64,000 nucleotides of DNA from Trueperaceae bacterium (GCA_965215565.1 CBDCDZ010000004.1:4320001-4384000); one strand, 5' to 3'; counted from the stretch's first letter, positions 50,273-61,281 are shown. Made by a program: numbers and translations. The notes: generated by a model from the letters alone, not told the origin.

Positions 50273-50449
50273 ATGAAGATTACGTTTTACTTGTCATATG
50301 AATTGACCAAAGAAGAATTGCAAGAAGCCGCTCAAGAGGCGGCTGTTAGGGCGATTCTCGCTCGGCAGAGTTTCAAGCTCACCGTTGTGAGAGCAAAGGC
50401 GCTCGAGAAAGGCTCCCGCGAGCCTATCGAGGCGCAGGCTTCTTTTTAA
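50273..50449 (+). CDS. Small hypothetical protein
   Basis: MKITFYLSYELTKEELQEAAQEAA; terminator at ~50477-50506. Confidence 0.5.
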   Translation: MKITFYLSYELTKEELQEAAQEAAVRAILARQSFKLTVVRAKALEKGSREPIEAQASF

Positions 50450-50735
50450 GTGAGCCTGCGCAGCCTAGATTAGCGTAAGTCCGGGTCAACCGCCCGGACT
50501 TCTTTTTGCCCCCGAGCGCCAGGATAACAGCGGACGGTTTCCCTAAAGTCAACCTCGCCGCGCTGACGGTTGTGAAATGTGCTGTCGGGGGTTCGAGCAG
50601 CTTTTGTACACTCGACAGTTCGCCAGAACCAACGACGCTGTGTGCGGCGAATATTTCACAGGTCAACGCCGAAGCTAAAGAGCGCGTCGGCGCTCCAGGT
50701 CTGCTAGCTTTAGAAGGTAGTTTCTGGAGAACGTC

Positions 50736-51071
50736 ATGTTTTCGCAATATCCCTTCCCCTACCAGCCTCACCTCGTCGAGAGGCTGCATTCATACACTTC
50801 GCATATCCTGCTCGCGGATATTGCGGTGATAAGCCGAATCGACCTTATCTACCAGGTTGACACCGGCTGGGAGCACGTGACGATCTTCGCTCCTGGGCTC
50901 AGGTCCGAGTGGAACGAAGAAAAGCGGCTCGCCGCCGCGCTCCTCTTTCGCGAGGCGGTGCGGCGCGTCGGCAGGTGGGGTTGGGAGCGCTATGCGCTAA
51001 GCTTCCAGCGCTTAGACCCGGTCAGCTTCGGGCTCTTAGGGGAGAGCTTGCTTCCAGTGACTCGCCGTTAA
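50736..51071 (+). CDS. Hypothetical protein
   Basis: 111 aa ORF followed by a terminator at ~51091-51124. Confidence 0.55.
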   Translation: MFSQYPFPYQPHLVERLHSYTSHILLADIAVISRIDLIYQVDTGWEHVTIFAPGLRSEWNEEKRLAAALLFREAVRRVGRWGWERYALSFQRLDPVSFGLLGESLLPVTRR

Positions 51072-51277
51072 ATCCTCCCTAGCGGGAGGTAGGCACGCGC
51101 CACACGCGCCGTGCCTTTCTTTTTGTCATTTCAAGGTCTTTTTGTGCTGAGAAGAGCCCGAACGTTAAAGATTTTGTCACGCGCTCGTCATGCTACGCTC
51201 TAAGAGGCTAACGAAGACAACTTCTTGAGAAAGTAAAGCGTTTTCTGTTTAGCTGTGTAAATTGACAACTAAAGAAC

Positions 51278-52756
51278 ATGACACAAAAAAAATGCCGTGT
51301 CATCTATCAGCTAATGACTGATAGATTTAACCGGCTGTCCGAAAGAATGCTGGCACGCATAGCGGCTAGCATTGACCCCGACTTCATCAATGAATGGGCG
51401 GATGAAATTGCCGCAGGGTGGATGTACCCTGTGGAGCGGGAGAACCCAGTTGGTTGGCACGGGGGAAACTACCCTGGGCTAGCCTTGAAAATTCAAGAAG
51501 GTTACTTTGCGAATCTATCCAACACCTTATTGGTCTCGGGTCCCTGCCTCCAGGTGAAGGAGCGAATTGGTCCTTTGACAGGTCTTATGGAGGTGCCCTA
51601 CCATGGGTACCATCCGGCAGATTTGTTACTGCCTAACAAGCGCTTTGGCTCCGTGAGCGGCTTGAGAAAGCTCTCGCGGGAAGCCAACAGTAAAGGCATT
51701 GAGTTGATGATGGACGCAGTTCATCACCTCGGCTCGCCCGACGCTGAGCTTTACCGGGAGCGCCCCGATCTTTTCTTACCCGTGGGTGAGTGGAGTTGGT
51801 CCGAGCTTCCACTTTTCGACATGCGAAATTCCGAAGCTAGACGCTACGTCTGGCAGAGTTTTCGCTACTGGCGAGAGCGCGGCATTCAAGGCTTCCGCTG
51901 GGATACAGCGGGGCACCTTTCTTTGGAGTACCTTTCCGATTTGGTGCAATCGCCTTTGTCTCCCGTTCACGGCACCTACTCCTTTGGAGAGGTGTTCGAT
52001 GGGAACATCGCGGCGCTCGTTCCCTTTCTCAATGTGGGGATGAGTGCACTGGATTATCCGCTCCACTTCAAAATCCTGGACTGCCTAGCAGTTCCAGGTG
52101 GGCACGGGCCGCTGAACGAGTTAGCCGCGCACATGCGCCGCTATCAAGAACTTGGCGTTGATCAGTCTAAACTCGTGCGCTTTTTAGACAACCCAGATAC
52201 GTCTCGGTTTGTCTGGGAAGTGTTGAAGCGGCACTTTGCGGACCCCGCTAGCGAGAGAGGGAGTGATCCTATTGATCCTTTCTACGCGCGTCAGCGCTTG
52301 GATTTGGGGCTCTCTTACCTCTTCTCACTCGAGGGCGACATTCTCATCTACTACGGTACCGAATGCGGTATTGCAGGGGAAGGGATGCGCTCACCTTTCG
52401 GAGAAAACCGCTTGAGCATGGATTTTTCCTTGTCTCAGCGGCTAAAACCTCGTCTACAAGCGCTCTACCGCGCAAGAATGAACAATTCTGCCTTAGTAAA
52501 CGGTGACTACCGTGAACTTTGGCAGCCCCAATGGGGCGGCGCAGCGGTTTTGTGTCATGCTCGAGTCAACAACGAGCAGGCAGTAGTCGTTGTCTTAAAC
52601 AACGGCAATTTGCCTGCTGAGGTGGACATTCCGGTGCATGGTCTCTTAGGTGAGATCATCTCCGAGCTGACCGGACGCTCTCACAACATGAGGGCGGACG
52701 GCAATCTAGTCGGTACTGTTCCGGCTAGAACGCTCTATATGTTCACATCTAAATAA
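51278..52756 (+). CDS. Divergent GH13 alpha-amylase family protein
   Basis: DRF, WHGGN, YHGYH, GFRWDTAGH, FGEVF, FLDNPD, IYYGTE. Confidence 0.85.
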   Translation: MTQKKCRVIYQLMTDRFNRLSERMLARIAASIDPDFINEWADEIAAGWMYPVERENPVGWHGGNYPGLALKIQEGYFANLSNTLLVSGPCLQVKERIGPLTGLMEVPYHGYHPADLLLPNKRFGSVSGLRKLSREANSKGIELMMDAVHHLGSPDAELYRERPDLFLPVGEWSWSELPLFDMRNSEARRYVWQSFRYWRERGIQGFRWDTAGHLSLEYLSDLVQSPLSPVHGTYSFGEVFDGNIAALVPFLNVGMSALDYPLHFKILDCLAVPGGHGPLNELAAHMRRYQELGVDQSKLVRFLDNPDTSRFVWEVLKRHFADPASERGSDPIDPFYARQRLDLGLSYLFSLEGDILIYYGTECGIAGEGMRSPFGENRLSMDFSLSQRLKPRLQALYRARMNNSALVNGDYRELWQPQWGGAAVLCHARVNNEQAVVVVLNNGNLPAEVDIPVHGLLGEIISELTGRSHNMRADGNLVGTVPARTLYMFTSK

Positions 52757-52845
52757 GCTAAGTTACTCTTAGCGTTTCGCCAGGCATACCTTTACGGGTT
52801 CCTGGCGATTTTTTTGTCCCTAAGCGGCGTGTTTCTTTTCAGTCA

Positions 52846-54138
52846 ATGTCATCTATATCTCCCTACCCTGACTCAGTTTTAGGCTCAACTGTGAAATTTT
52901 ACACTCGCACGTATCTCAACTTAGCTCAGTTTAGCTTTGGTTGTAGGGCTACGCTAAAAGAGTTCATTTATCGCGCATTTTTCAGTGCGCATAGAACATT
53001 GACAATCTTTCTGTTTTTCTTATACCAGTTTGTATCTGGTATCGGCGAGCGGATGTCTGCTGCAGCTTTGGAACTGCGGTCTTTCGAGGCTGCTGGTTCG
53101 AGCGCTGTGGCATTCGTTCAAACCCTGCCGCTTATCGTCATCGTGCTAGGGAGTCCCTTCTTGGGCTCCATAGCAGGGCGATTAAGGCTGCGGCCCTCGA
53201 TGGTCATGTTGAATATCCTTCTGGGATTCTTCCCTCTAGGACTCTACGTGGCCTACCGCCAGGACGCCAGCACATTGGTGTTTGGTCTTATCCTAGCGGC
53301 TGCTACAGCGCCGCAGGTCCTGTTGGCAAACCTGCAAACCAGAACCTTCCAAGGACTGGTGCGTGGGTTTAGCGTGCAAGACCGGGATAAGTTGGGCTCT
53401 GGTCAAAGTGCCAGCCAAAACCTTTATAAAGGTGCTGGCGGTTGGCTAGGCTCTGCTCTGTATGGGCAAGTCCAGGGCGGTGTGTTCCTCGTGGATATGG
53501 CGACCTATTGGGTCGCTGCTGCTATGGTGCCGCTCTTTGCGAGACCAGAAGCGCCGCGAGTGGTGCCCCGGCTTTCTCGTAAGCGGCGCTTAGTCGCTCT
53601 ACGCAGAGTGCGTCGTAACATCCCAGCAGTGATTGCTGGTCTCGCAACGTTCATCTTTGCGGGTGTTATTGATGTTTTGGGTCCGGCTATCGTTAGCGGC
53701 GACCCAACTGCCTTGGCAAACTACAAGGGAGCCTTCTTCCTTGGCGAGCTTGTGGGTTCGTTGACGTGGGCAGCCGTGTATACGCCGGGTACTCGGAGCC
53801 TTCCTTGGGCCTTGGCTGCGTTAGCGGCAACTACTGGCTTAATGCCTGTGGCTGCGCAGTGGTCGCTGCTTGAGGGTGTGCGAGCCGTGCAGGGTTCCTT
53901 GGTGAGCCTCGCTGGTATCCTCGCGTTCAACCGTATTGTGGTTGGACAGCGGAGCAAACTGGTTGGCTTCGTTGGGGGCAGCTACACTGCGGTAGGTGTA
54001 CTTGTCCAGATCATTGCAGCTAATGCTGCTGGGCGTATCTCTGATGCGTTTGGTCCTGCAGTAGGGCTTTATGCTACCGCAATTACCATCGCTGTCTTGA
54101 TGGTGTTCTCCTTTATAGGCGTGCGCCGTACCAGATAG
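52846..54138 (+). CDS. MFS transporter, divergent
   Basis: Many hydrophobic segments; GSIAGRL and AGRISDAFG motif-A-like loops; start uncertain. Confidence 0.75.
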   Translation: MSSISPYPDSVLGSTVKFYTRTYLNLAQFSFGCRATLKEFIYRAFFSAHRTLTIFLFFLYQFVSGIGERMSAAALELRSFEAAGSSAVAFVQTLPLIVIVLGSPFLGSIAGRLRLRPSMVMLNILLGFFPLGLYVAYRQDASTLVFGLILAAATAPQVLLANLQTRTFQGLVRGFSVQDRDKLGSGQSASQNLYKGAGGWLGSALYGQVQGGVFLVDMATYWVAAAMVPLFARPEAPRVVPRLSRKRRLVALRRVRRNIPAVIAGLATFIFAGVIDVLGPAIVSGDPTALANYKGAFFLGELVGSLTWAAVYTPGTRSLPWALAALAATTGLMPVAAQWSLLEGVRAVQGSLVSLAGILAFNRIVVGQRSKLVGFVGGSYTAVGVLVQIIAANAAGRISDAFGPAVGLYATAITIAVLMVFSFIGVRRTR

Positions 54139-54146
54139 CAATGTTT

Positions 54147-54261
54147 ACCCAAGCCTCACTTCCCGTGAGCTTGGGTTCTTTTTTTGTCTGTCTTTTGCGT
54201 TGTCGCATGAAAAACTTGCTAGCTCACCCACAAAAAAGGACCTCAAGAGGTTGAGGTCCTT
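54147..54261. terminator. Convergent terminator pair
   Basis: CCCAAGC...GCTTGGG + T tract (+); AAAAAAGGACCTCAA-gagg-TTGAGGTCCTT (-). Confidence 0.75.
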
Positions 54262-54593
54262 ACGTCGAGCGTTGTGACCCCGGCTCGAGCGGGGCGTCGG
54301 TCTTATTTGTTCTTTATCTGGTATATGGCTGAGTAGCTGTAAGCCACACCAACCAAGTAGCAGAAAACGCCAACCTCTCTGTCGCGGCCGCTGTTACCGC
54401 TATTTTCTGACGCAACAACCGCCAACGTCCCGGTGGTAAAGCACAAAGAGGTGAAGGCGAAGGTGAGAACGAGTTCGGAAAAACGTAGAAAGCGCATAGT
54501 AGTGCCTCGAGAACGACAACAGCACCATAGCGCATAACCTAAACTGAAAAACGAATTAGGATTCGCCCAACCAGCTCGAATCGGGAAAATGGC

Positions 54594-56117
54594 TCACAAT
54601 TCTCCCCTTTCCAACTTCTCTTTAACCTCTTTCGCCCGCGCCAAAATCTCACCCTTGACCTCTTCACCTCGTTTATCCCAATTCGCCATCATCAGCGACA
54701 TGCGCGGATTTTTACCAAACTTCTCCTTGTGCCTATCTAAGAAGTCCCAATAGAGGCTGTTAAAAGGGCAAGCGTTCTCCTCCGTCGTCTTCGTATGACT
54801 GTACGAACATCCCCTACAATAGTCGCTCATCTTGTTGATGTAATTCGCGCTCGCCGCATACGGCTTCGTCGTAAAGGAGCCTAGATCGGCGTATTGACTC
54901 ATCCCGATGACGTTGGGGACCATGACCCACTCGAGCGCGTCAATGTAGCACGCCGTAAACCATTCGGTCAGCTTCTGCGGATTGACGCCCGCAATCAGCG
55001 CGAAGTTGCCCAAGACCATGAGCCGCTGGATGTGGTGGGTGTGACCCGTTTCGCGGAGTTGTTTAATAGTGTGGTGCAAACAGTTCATCTGCGTGTCGCC
55101 GCTCCAGAAGAACTCGGGTACGCCGCGTTCATGCCCCAACTTATTCTGCTCGCGAAATTCGGGCATCTTGAGGCGGTAGACCTGAAACATGAATTCGCGC
55201 CAGCCCGAGACTTGGCGGATGAAACCCTCTATGCTGTTCAAAGGAATTTTGCGGTGTCCGTCGGCGGCGTATTCCAATGCCATCTCACAGACCTCTCGAG
55301 GATGCAAGAGTCCCATACTCAGTGGCGCACTTAGCAGCGAGTGGTAGAGCGTCGTTTCGCCCTGCACCATCGCATCTTCGAAGGGTCCGAAGTCGCGTAA
55401 GCGGTTGGCGCAGAAATCTTCTAAGGCTTCTAATGCCTGAGCCCTCGTCACTGGCCAGTCAAATCCCTCAGCCCTGCCAAAGTGATTCGGCACAACCTCT
55501 TCAACAAATGCAATGACCTCTTGCGTGATGTTGTCCGGTTCAAAGCTCGGTGGCTCCGGGTAGTCATGCCCCTCTTTCGGTGGACGGCGGTTCTCCTTGT
55601 CAAAGTTCCACTTTCCGCCTACGGGTTGCCCATCCTCTTCCATGAGCCAGCCCGTCTTTTCGCGCACGGTGCGGTAGAAGTACTCCATGCGGAGCGTTTT
55701 GCGGTCAATCGCCCATTCGTCGAACTCGTCCGGTGAGATGAGCCAGAGGTCGTTCGGAACGAGGTTTAGCGTGCCGCCGTACTTTTCTGCTGCCTCTTTG
55801 AGAAGCGCGTCGTATCCGTAGTCATTGGGCTGCATGGTGGTGAGGTCTGCGTTCGGGTGTTCTTGCAAATACGCTTCAATCCCCGCCTCAAACGAGTCGG
55901 CAGTTCGGTAGAAAACGCTGAATCCGTCTTGCTCCAACTCCTTTGCAAAGTGCCGCATCGCGGAGAAGATCATGACTAGTTTTTGCTTGTGGTGGGGGAT
56001 GCTACGTGCAAGCTCGAGTGACTCGATCATCAACACGGATGTGTCTTCGGGCGTGGCGTCAGCGAGAGGTCCGACTTGGCGGGTGAGTTGGTCGCCTAAG
56101 ACGAGGATGTGGGTCAT
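54594..56117 (-). CDS. FeS-type cryptochrome/(6-4) photolyase family protein (PhrB/CryB-like)
   Basis: LGDQL, HHKQK, GGKWNFDKENR, GWREF, HHIQRLM, four Cys (MNC, YCRGC, ACPF). Confidence 0.93.
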   Translation of the reverse strand: MTHILVLGDQLTRQVGPLADATPEDTSVLMIESLELARSIPHHKQKLVMIFSAMRHFAKELEQDGFSVFYRTADSFEAGIEAYLQEHPNADLTTMQPNDYGYDALLKEAAEKYGGTLNLVPNDLWLISPDEFDEWAIDRKTLRMEYFYRTVREKTGWLMEEDGQPVGGKWNFDKENRRPPKEGHDYPEPPSFEPDNITQEVIAFVEEVVPNHFGRAEGFDWPVTRAQALEALEDFCANRLRDFGPFEDAMVQGETTLYHSLLSAPLSMGLLHPREVCEMALEYAADGHRKIPLNSIEGFIRQVSGWREFMFQVYRLKMPEFREQNKLGHERGVPEFFWSGDTQMNCLHHTIKQLRETGHTHHIQRLMVLGNFALIAGVNPQKLTEWFTACYIDALEWVMVPNVIGMSQYADLGSFTTKPYAASANYINKMSDYCRGCSYSHTKTTEENACPFNSLYWDFLDRHKEKFGKNPRMSLMMANWDKRGEEVKGEILARAKEVKEKLERGEL

Positions 56118-56242
56118 GCTCTAGAGCGTATAAAACCGTCTCACAGTAAAAAACGGCGGCGGGTGCTTTTCTCTCGCTAAATCACTTGCTAACTATGACG
56201 CAGCACTGAGTCAAACACGGCAATCTCCTGTTAAGTTGTTTT

Positions 56243-57052
56243 ATGGATTTAGCATTTAATGGACGACTCGCCGTTGTGACGGGCGCAGATTCGGGCATCG
56301 GCTTACGCACGGCGATCACCTTGGCAGCGGAGGGCGCGAAGGTCATCATCAGCGATATTGAGGTGGATTCGCTTCAAGACGCCGTCAAGAAAGTTAAAGA
56401 AGAGGTGCAGGGCGCGGAGGTGACTCACGTTGCCGCTGACCTCACAAATCCCGACGACGTAAAGAAGTTGCTGCAAACAGCAGATGAGCAGGGCGGCGCG
56501 GCGGTTGTCGCGCACCTTGCTGGGACACGGGGGGCGGCGGGAGACTTTCTCGAGCTAACGGACGACGGCTGGATGGAGACCCTCAACGTGGACCTCATGA
56601 GCGCCGTGCGCGTCTGCCGTGCCTTTATTCCAGGGATGAGGGAGCGCGGTTATGGACGCATCGTTCTAACCGCCTCGGAGAACGCCATTCAGCCCTACGT
56701 AGACGAGACGCCCTACAACGCCGCTAAAGCGGGCGTTATCAACCTGACCAAAGGGCTCTCCAAAGCGTACGGTGAAGACGGTGTGCACGTGAACGTAGTC
56801 TCGCCCGCCTACGTCAAATCGCCTATGACCGACAAGATGATGGAGCAGCGAGCCGAGTCGATGGATACGGATGTGGATACCGCTGTCGAGACCTTTTTGG
56901 AGGAGGAGCGCCCTGGCATCAACTTAGGGCGGCGCGGCAGGGCGCAAGAGGTCGCCAATGTCATCGCCTTTTTGTGCTCGGACCTGGCGTCGTATGTAGA
57001 CGGGTCGAACTACCGGGTAGATGGTGGGGCGGTCTTAACGGCGTTTGGTTGA
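56243..57052 (+). CDS. SDR family oxidoreductase
   Basis: TGADSGIG, YNAAK, VDGG. Confidence 0.92.
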   Translation: MDLAFNGRLAVVTGADSGIGLRTAITLAAEGAKVIISDIEVDSLQDAVKKVKEEVQGAEVTHVAADLTNPDDVKKLLQTADEQGGAAVVAHLAGTRGAAGDFLELTDDGWMETLNVDLMSAVRVCRAFIPGMRERGYGRIVLTASENAIQPYVDETPYNAAKAGVINLTKGLSKAYGEDGVHVNVVSPAYVKSPMTDKMMEQRAESMDTDVDTAVETFLEEERPGINLGRRGRAQEVANVIAFLCSDLASYVDGSNYRVDGGAVLTAFG

Positions 57053-57120
57053 GCGAGCGTACAACGCAATTTTCAAAGCTCCTAACGACTTTTGTCTACA
57101 AAATTTTCCGTTCTAAGCGC

Positions 57121-57711
57121 TTAGTAAGCGAGTTCGGCGGCGAATCTCTCAGCCGTAGCAGGAGGATTAAGCAGCCTAGCAAACTGAATGCGAGATTCGT
57201 TACTTTGGTCACCCATTGCAATATTGAGTACAATTCTTTCGCGGTATTCACCTCTTCCGAAAATGCCCTCTTCATCGAGGTTTCGTAAGACTTTGACGCA
57301 GGTTGAGAAGGCGATCCGAAGGAGTTGGTCGCCCTTCTCTTCGCTCCCTTCGTCTTCGTCGTCATAAGCGGCTGACAGCGCTTCATCAAACTCGAGCATT
57401 ATTTTGAAGCTCTCATCCATCATATCCTCGTGCAAAAGATGATAGGGCGAATCTGCGTAACTCCACTTCAATAAGGTTTTCAACTGGTCTAACGATTGGT
57501 TTTTATAACGCTCGTTCGTTTGATACCTTATTGCCACCTGTTCTAATCCCTCGAACGTCGAACAGGTAGGTGACAGATAGCCGAGACCATCGGTTGTGTA
57601 GAGCGCCATAGAGTAGATATGCTGGTCCGACAAGTCATCTCTAATCTGTGAGAACGTATCTTTGGCTTCTTCGTATAAAATCTTTTCCATATCTTCTAAG
57701 TTAAAGCTCAA
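57121..57711 (-). CDS. DUF4303 family protein
   Basis: IYSMALYT, KWSYADS, LDEEGIFG, ARLLNP; AT-richer. Confidence 0.75.
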   Translation of the reverse strand: MSFNLEDMEKILYEEAKDTFSQIRDDLSDQHIYSMALYTTDGLGYLSPTCSTFEGLEQVAIRYQTNERYKNQSLDQLKTLLKWSYADSPYHLLHEDMMDESFKIMLEFDEALSAAYDDEDEGSEEKGDQLLRIAFSTCVKVLRNLDEEGIFGRGEYRERIVLNIAMGDQSNESRIQFARLLNPPATAERFAAELAY

Positions 57712-57734
57712 TATTTACCTCACAGTGTGCAGAA

Positions 57735-59192
57735 TTATCTTTCCACAACCTCTTTACGCTCCCCCAACTTCCACCGCACCCCTTCAGGCGTATCCTCTAA
57801 CACCACACCCAACGCCGCCAACCTATCGCGAATCGCGTCCGCCGAGCTAAAGTCGCGCCTGACTCTAGCCTCTTGCCGCTGCTCACTCACTAAGTTGACG
57901 AGCCCATCCAAAATCTCAGTGTAGTCTTCGGACTGCGCAACCTGACCGCTGCCGAGTACGCCCAAGACCTCTCCTGCGAGGTCGTCATAAAAGGTTTTAG
58001 CGGCGTGCAAGTAGTCCTGACCGGGCGCTTTTGCCAATTTCGCGTTGATGTCTCTCGTCGCATCGAAGAGTGCGGCAATCGCCCGAGGTGTATTGATGTC
58101 GTCGTCCATCGCCGCGTCGAACTGGTTGCGGTAGCTCGTTAAAGGGTCATCCTGTTCTACCTCTTCATCTCCAAGACGGCGCGTGACCTCAGCGTAAGTC
58201 TCCTGAATACGGCGTAGCCCCTGAGTAGAGCCCCGCAAACTCTCCTCGCTAAAGTCCGAGACCGAGCGGTAGTGCGTCCCTAAGAGGTGAAAGCGCACGG
58301 CGATGGGGTCGTGGTTTTTGAAGAGGTCGGCGAGCGTCACGAAATGACCTTTCGACTTCGCCATCTTCTCACCGCCTAAAGTCACCATGTTGAAGTGCAT
58401 CCAGGTGTTGGCAAATTGTTTTCCTGCCGCTTTCGCCTGGGCAATCTCGCACTCGTGGTGCGGAAAGATGAGGTCTAAGCCGCCGCCGTGGATGTCGAAG
58501 TGGTCGCCCAGATATTTGGTGCTCATGACCGAGCATTCGATGTGCCAGCCGGGATAACCTTCGCCCCAGGGGGAGGACCAGCGCATGATGTGGTTCGGCT
58601 CGGCTTTCTTCCACAGCGCGAAGTCGCGCGGGTCGTCCTTCTCGCCGCGCACCTGCACGCGGGTTCCTTCTACTAAATCGTCGGTATTGCGCCCCGAGAG
58701 TTCGCCGTAGGCGTCCCACGCGGACACGTCGAAATAAACGGAGCCGTTACGCTCATACGCGACGCCCGCTTCAATAAGTGCCTCCGCGAGTTCGATTTGC
58801 TCGGTGATGTGACCTGACGCGCGTGGCACGACATCGGGGCGGCGCACGTTCAAGCGGCTCAGCGCGTCGAAATACGCCCAGAAGTACTTCTCGGCGATTT
58901 CCATAGGCTCGAGCCTCTCCAGTTTGGCCCGCTTGAGGAGTTTGTCCTCGCCCTCGTCGGCGTCATCCGTCAAGTGCCCTACGTCGGTGATGTTCGAGAC
59001 CATGCGGACGCGGTAGCCTTTGCGCTCTAAATAGCGCTTCAATACGTCGAAAGTGATGGGACCTCTCGCGTGGCCTAAATGCGGCTCGCTGTAGACCGTT
59101 GGACCGCAGAAGTAAATACCGACGTGTCCTTCGCTGATGGGCGTGAAGGGTTTTTTGGTGCGGGTCAGGCTGTTGTAAAGCTCGAGGGGCAT
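57735..59192 (-). CDS. cysS: Cysteine--tRNA ligase
   Basis: [32 protein letters not shown]. Confidence 0.98.
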   Translation of the reverse strand: MPLELYNSLTRTKKPFTPISEGHVGIYFCGPTVYSEPHLGHARGPITFDVLKRYLERKGYRVRMVSNITDVGHLTDDADEGEDKLLKRAKLERLEPMEIAEKYFWAYFDALSRLNVRRPDVVPRASGHITEQIELAEALIEAGVAYERNGSVYFDVSAWDAYGELSGRNTDDLVEGTRVQVRGEKDDPRDFALWKKAEPNHIMRWSSPWGEGYPGWHIECSVMSTKYLGDHFDIHGGGLDLIFPHHECEIAQAKAAGKQFANTWMHFNMVTLGGEKMAKSKGHFVTLADLFKNHDPIAVRFHLLGTHYRSVSDFSEESLRGSTQGLRRIQETYAEVTRRLGDEEVEQDDPLTSYRNQFDAAMDDDINTPRAIAALFDATRDINAKLAKAPGQDYLHAAKTFYDDLAGEVLGVLGSGQVAQSEDYTEILDGLVNLVSEQRQEARVRRDFSSADAIRDRLAALGVVLEDTPEGVRWKLGERKEVVER

Positions 59193-59373
59193 AGGGGAAA
59201 GCTCCTTTGCAGGCGAAGAGGTTGTGAGGTTAGGTTTTTAGAGGGAGGAAGCGTGTCAGGAAAACCTGAAGTACTGACTAGCTGACTAGCTACAAAAACA
59301 TCGTTTTATATGAGCCTCAAAGGTCATCGTTCCAAGAGTCTAGCACAAAGTACGTGCGTTAAACTGGCGTGCG

Positions 59374-59979
59374 ATGTCTATGACCTCTTACTTCACCGTT
59401 GCCAAAGAAGCTGAACTCGAAGAGGTGGTGAAAGGCTCTAAGTTCATCGGGTTTGTCTCGAGCGTCCACAGTGTCAAGACAGCCCTAGCCAAACTCGAAG
59501 AGGTTCGCGCAACCTACCCAGACGCCACACATCACCCCTGGGCGTACCTCATCGGCGGCGAAATGCGTTTTTCGGATGACGGTGAGCCGGGCGGAACGGC
59601 GGGGCGTCCGATGCTCGAGACGTTGCAGAAGCGCAATCTGGATAGAGTCTTAGGTGTAGTGACGCGCTACTACGGCGGGACGAAACTCGGCGCGGGCGGT
59701 TTAGTGCGGGCGTATGGCGGGACGCTCGCGAAAACGCTGGACATGGCAGGCGTCGTAGAGGTTAAGCCTACCGTGACCTTTTTCGTGAACGTTCCCTTTG
59801 CTGAGATGGACGCGGTGCATAGACTCTTGGACGAGTGGCGCGGGCTGCGTAAAGGGGAGGCGGGCTATTCGGCGGAGGGGCTACGGCTCGAGGTGACGCT
59901 TTTCGCGGAGAATAAGGAGAGGTTGGAGCGTGCGCTTACCGAAGTGACGAGAGGGCAGGTCATTTTTGACGCTGAATAG
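59374..59979 (+). CDS. yigZ: YigZ/IMPACT family protein
   Basis: KGSKFI, SDDGEPGGTAG, TRYYGGTKLGAGGL. Confidence 0.93.
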   Translation: MSMTSYFTVAKEAELEEVVKGSKFIGFVSSVHSVKTALAKLEEVRATYPDATHHPWAYLIGGEMRFSDDGEPGGTAGRPMLETLQKRNLDRVLGVVTRYYGGTKLGAGGLVRAYGGTLAKTLDMAGVVEVKPTVTFFVNVPFAEMDAVHRLLDEWRGLRKGEAGYSAEGLRLEVTLFAENKERLERALTEVTRGQVIFDAE

Positions 59980-59993
59980 GTTGTAAGAGAAGG

Positions 59994-60046
59994 CAGCGCT
60001 ATCTCATAGGGGTGGGTTTGAAACCCACTCCTATGAGATAGCGCTG
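59994..60046. repeat. Long REP-like palindrome
   Basis: CAGCGCTATCTCATAGGGGTGGGTTT-g-AAACCCACTCCTATGAGATAGCGCTG. Confidence 0.75.
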
Positions 60047-60218
60047 TACATGGGTAAAGTCGAGGATTCGAGAAACTTTGGATGTTAAGCCGTTTTGTTC
60101 GTCAGCCACAAGCATTTCATCTGTAGCAAAGTGATAGCCCTGCTGAGTTGCGTCCAGGGTTTTCCCGTTTTCTGCGGCGTCGCCGATTTTTCTTTCAGGC
60201 ATCCTCAGCGCTTCTCGT

Positions 60219-61169
60219 TCACAGTTTCCACTCGAAACCAGTTTCCTTCTCTGACCGGTCCCAGAGTTTCGTCATGACGGCCTTATCAAAGGCGTAGGGT
60301 TCAAGCGTGCCCTTACCGACTGGACCGGTCCATTCCATGCGGCCCGTGGGACCGTAAAGGGCCCGCTGCTCCAGGCCATCCTGGGTTGCGCACATGACTT
60401 CCGGGTAGGAGCCCTTTTCGGCCGACTGAACCAGGGGAGACAGCGACATGAGCCGGAACACAATCCGTGTTCCAAGACCACCGCTGGTGCTGATTAGCGA
60501 GGTTGCGGACGAGCCGGGGTGGCAAACGTAGACTTCGACATCCTTGTTTGCTTCTTTGACCTTATCTTGCAGTTCGTAGGCAAACATCATCTGAGCCAGC
60601 TTGCTCTGGCTGTAAGCGGGATTGGCCCGGTAATTCTCTTCCCAGTTCATGTCGCCAAACTGGATCGTCCTCAGCCCCATTTTATAGCCTAGACTTGCAA
60701 CAACCACGATGCGACCTTCTGATTCTTCAATGCGGCCAAAGAGCATCCCACACAGGACGAAATGGCCGTAATGGTTGGTGCCGAGCTGACTTTCAAAACC
60801 ATCAACGGTGAACTTCTGTGTGGGCACCTGTGCGATGGCGGCGTTGCAAATCAGCGCGTCGATCTGCGGAACCGTCTTCAACACTTCTGCCGCTGCTTCG
60901 CGCACGCTCGCAAGCTCGGCCAGGTCCATGCGAACAAAACTCACATCTGCGCCCACGCCGAACTCCTGTTTTAGGGTCGCGATAGCGACGGTTGACTTAT
61001 CGGCGTTGCGGTTCAGCGTCACCACTTTTGCGCCTTTGGACAGAAGTATCCGCGTTGCCTCAAATCCTGTACCAGCGTTAGCACCCGTGATGAGATAAGT
61101 TTTGCCTTCAAGGGAGCCGAGTCGCTCCGGTGTCCAGCCCTTTGGTCCAAATGTTTTTTGCATAGTCAT
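60219..61169 (-). CDS. SDR family oxidoreductase (retinol-dehydrogenase-like)
   Basis: TGANAGTG, GTNHYGHF, YSQSKLA, CHPG. Confidence 0.93.
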   Translation of the reverse strand: MTMQKTFGPKGWTPERLGSLEGKTYLITGANAGTGFEATRILLSKGAKVVTLNRNADKSTVAIATLKQEFGVGADVSFVRMDLAELASVREAAAEVLKTVPQIDALICNAAIAQVPTQKFTVDGFESQLGTNHYGHFVLCGMLFGRIEESEGRIVVVASLGYKMGLRTIQFGDMNWEENYRANPAYSQSKLAQMMFAYELQDKVKEANKDVEVYVCHPGSSATSLISTSGGLGTRIVFRLMSLSPLVQSAEKGSYPEVMCATQDGLEQRALYGPTGRMEWTGPVGKGTLEPYAFDKAVMTKLWDRSEKETGFEWKL

Positions 61170-61259
61170 TGTTCAAACTCCTTGTTTTGTGTGAGATGGT
61201 TTTTTGCTCGTGCGATAGATGCCCCTGCCTGAAACAACATGCATCCTTTTTAGTTTAGC

Positions 61260-61281
61260 TGTAAGTAAAAGTTTACTTACA
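61260..61281. promoter_or_regulatory. Candidate TetR operator upstream of the SDR
   Basis: TGTAAGTAAA-ag-TTTACTTACA. Confidence 0.8.

Noticed and set aside
54303..54535. Two small overlapping minus-strand ORFs downstream of the photolyase
   Set aside because: Cannot tell which, if either, is coding
60050..60215. Possible transposase C-terminal remnant (GKPWTQLSRAITLLQMKCLWL, minus strand)
   Set aside because: Similarity too weak; no IS ends identified
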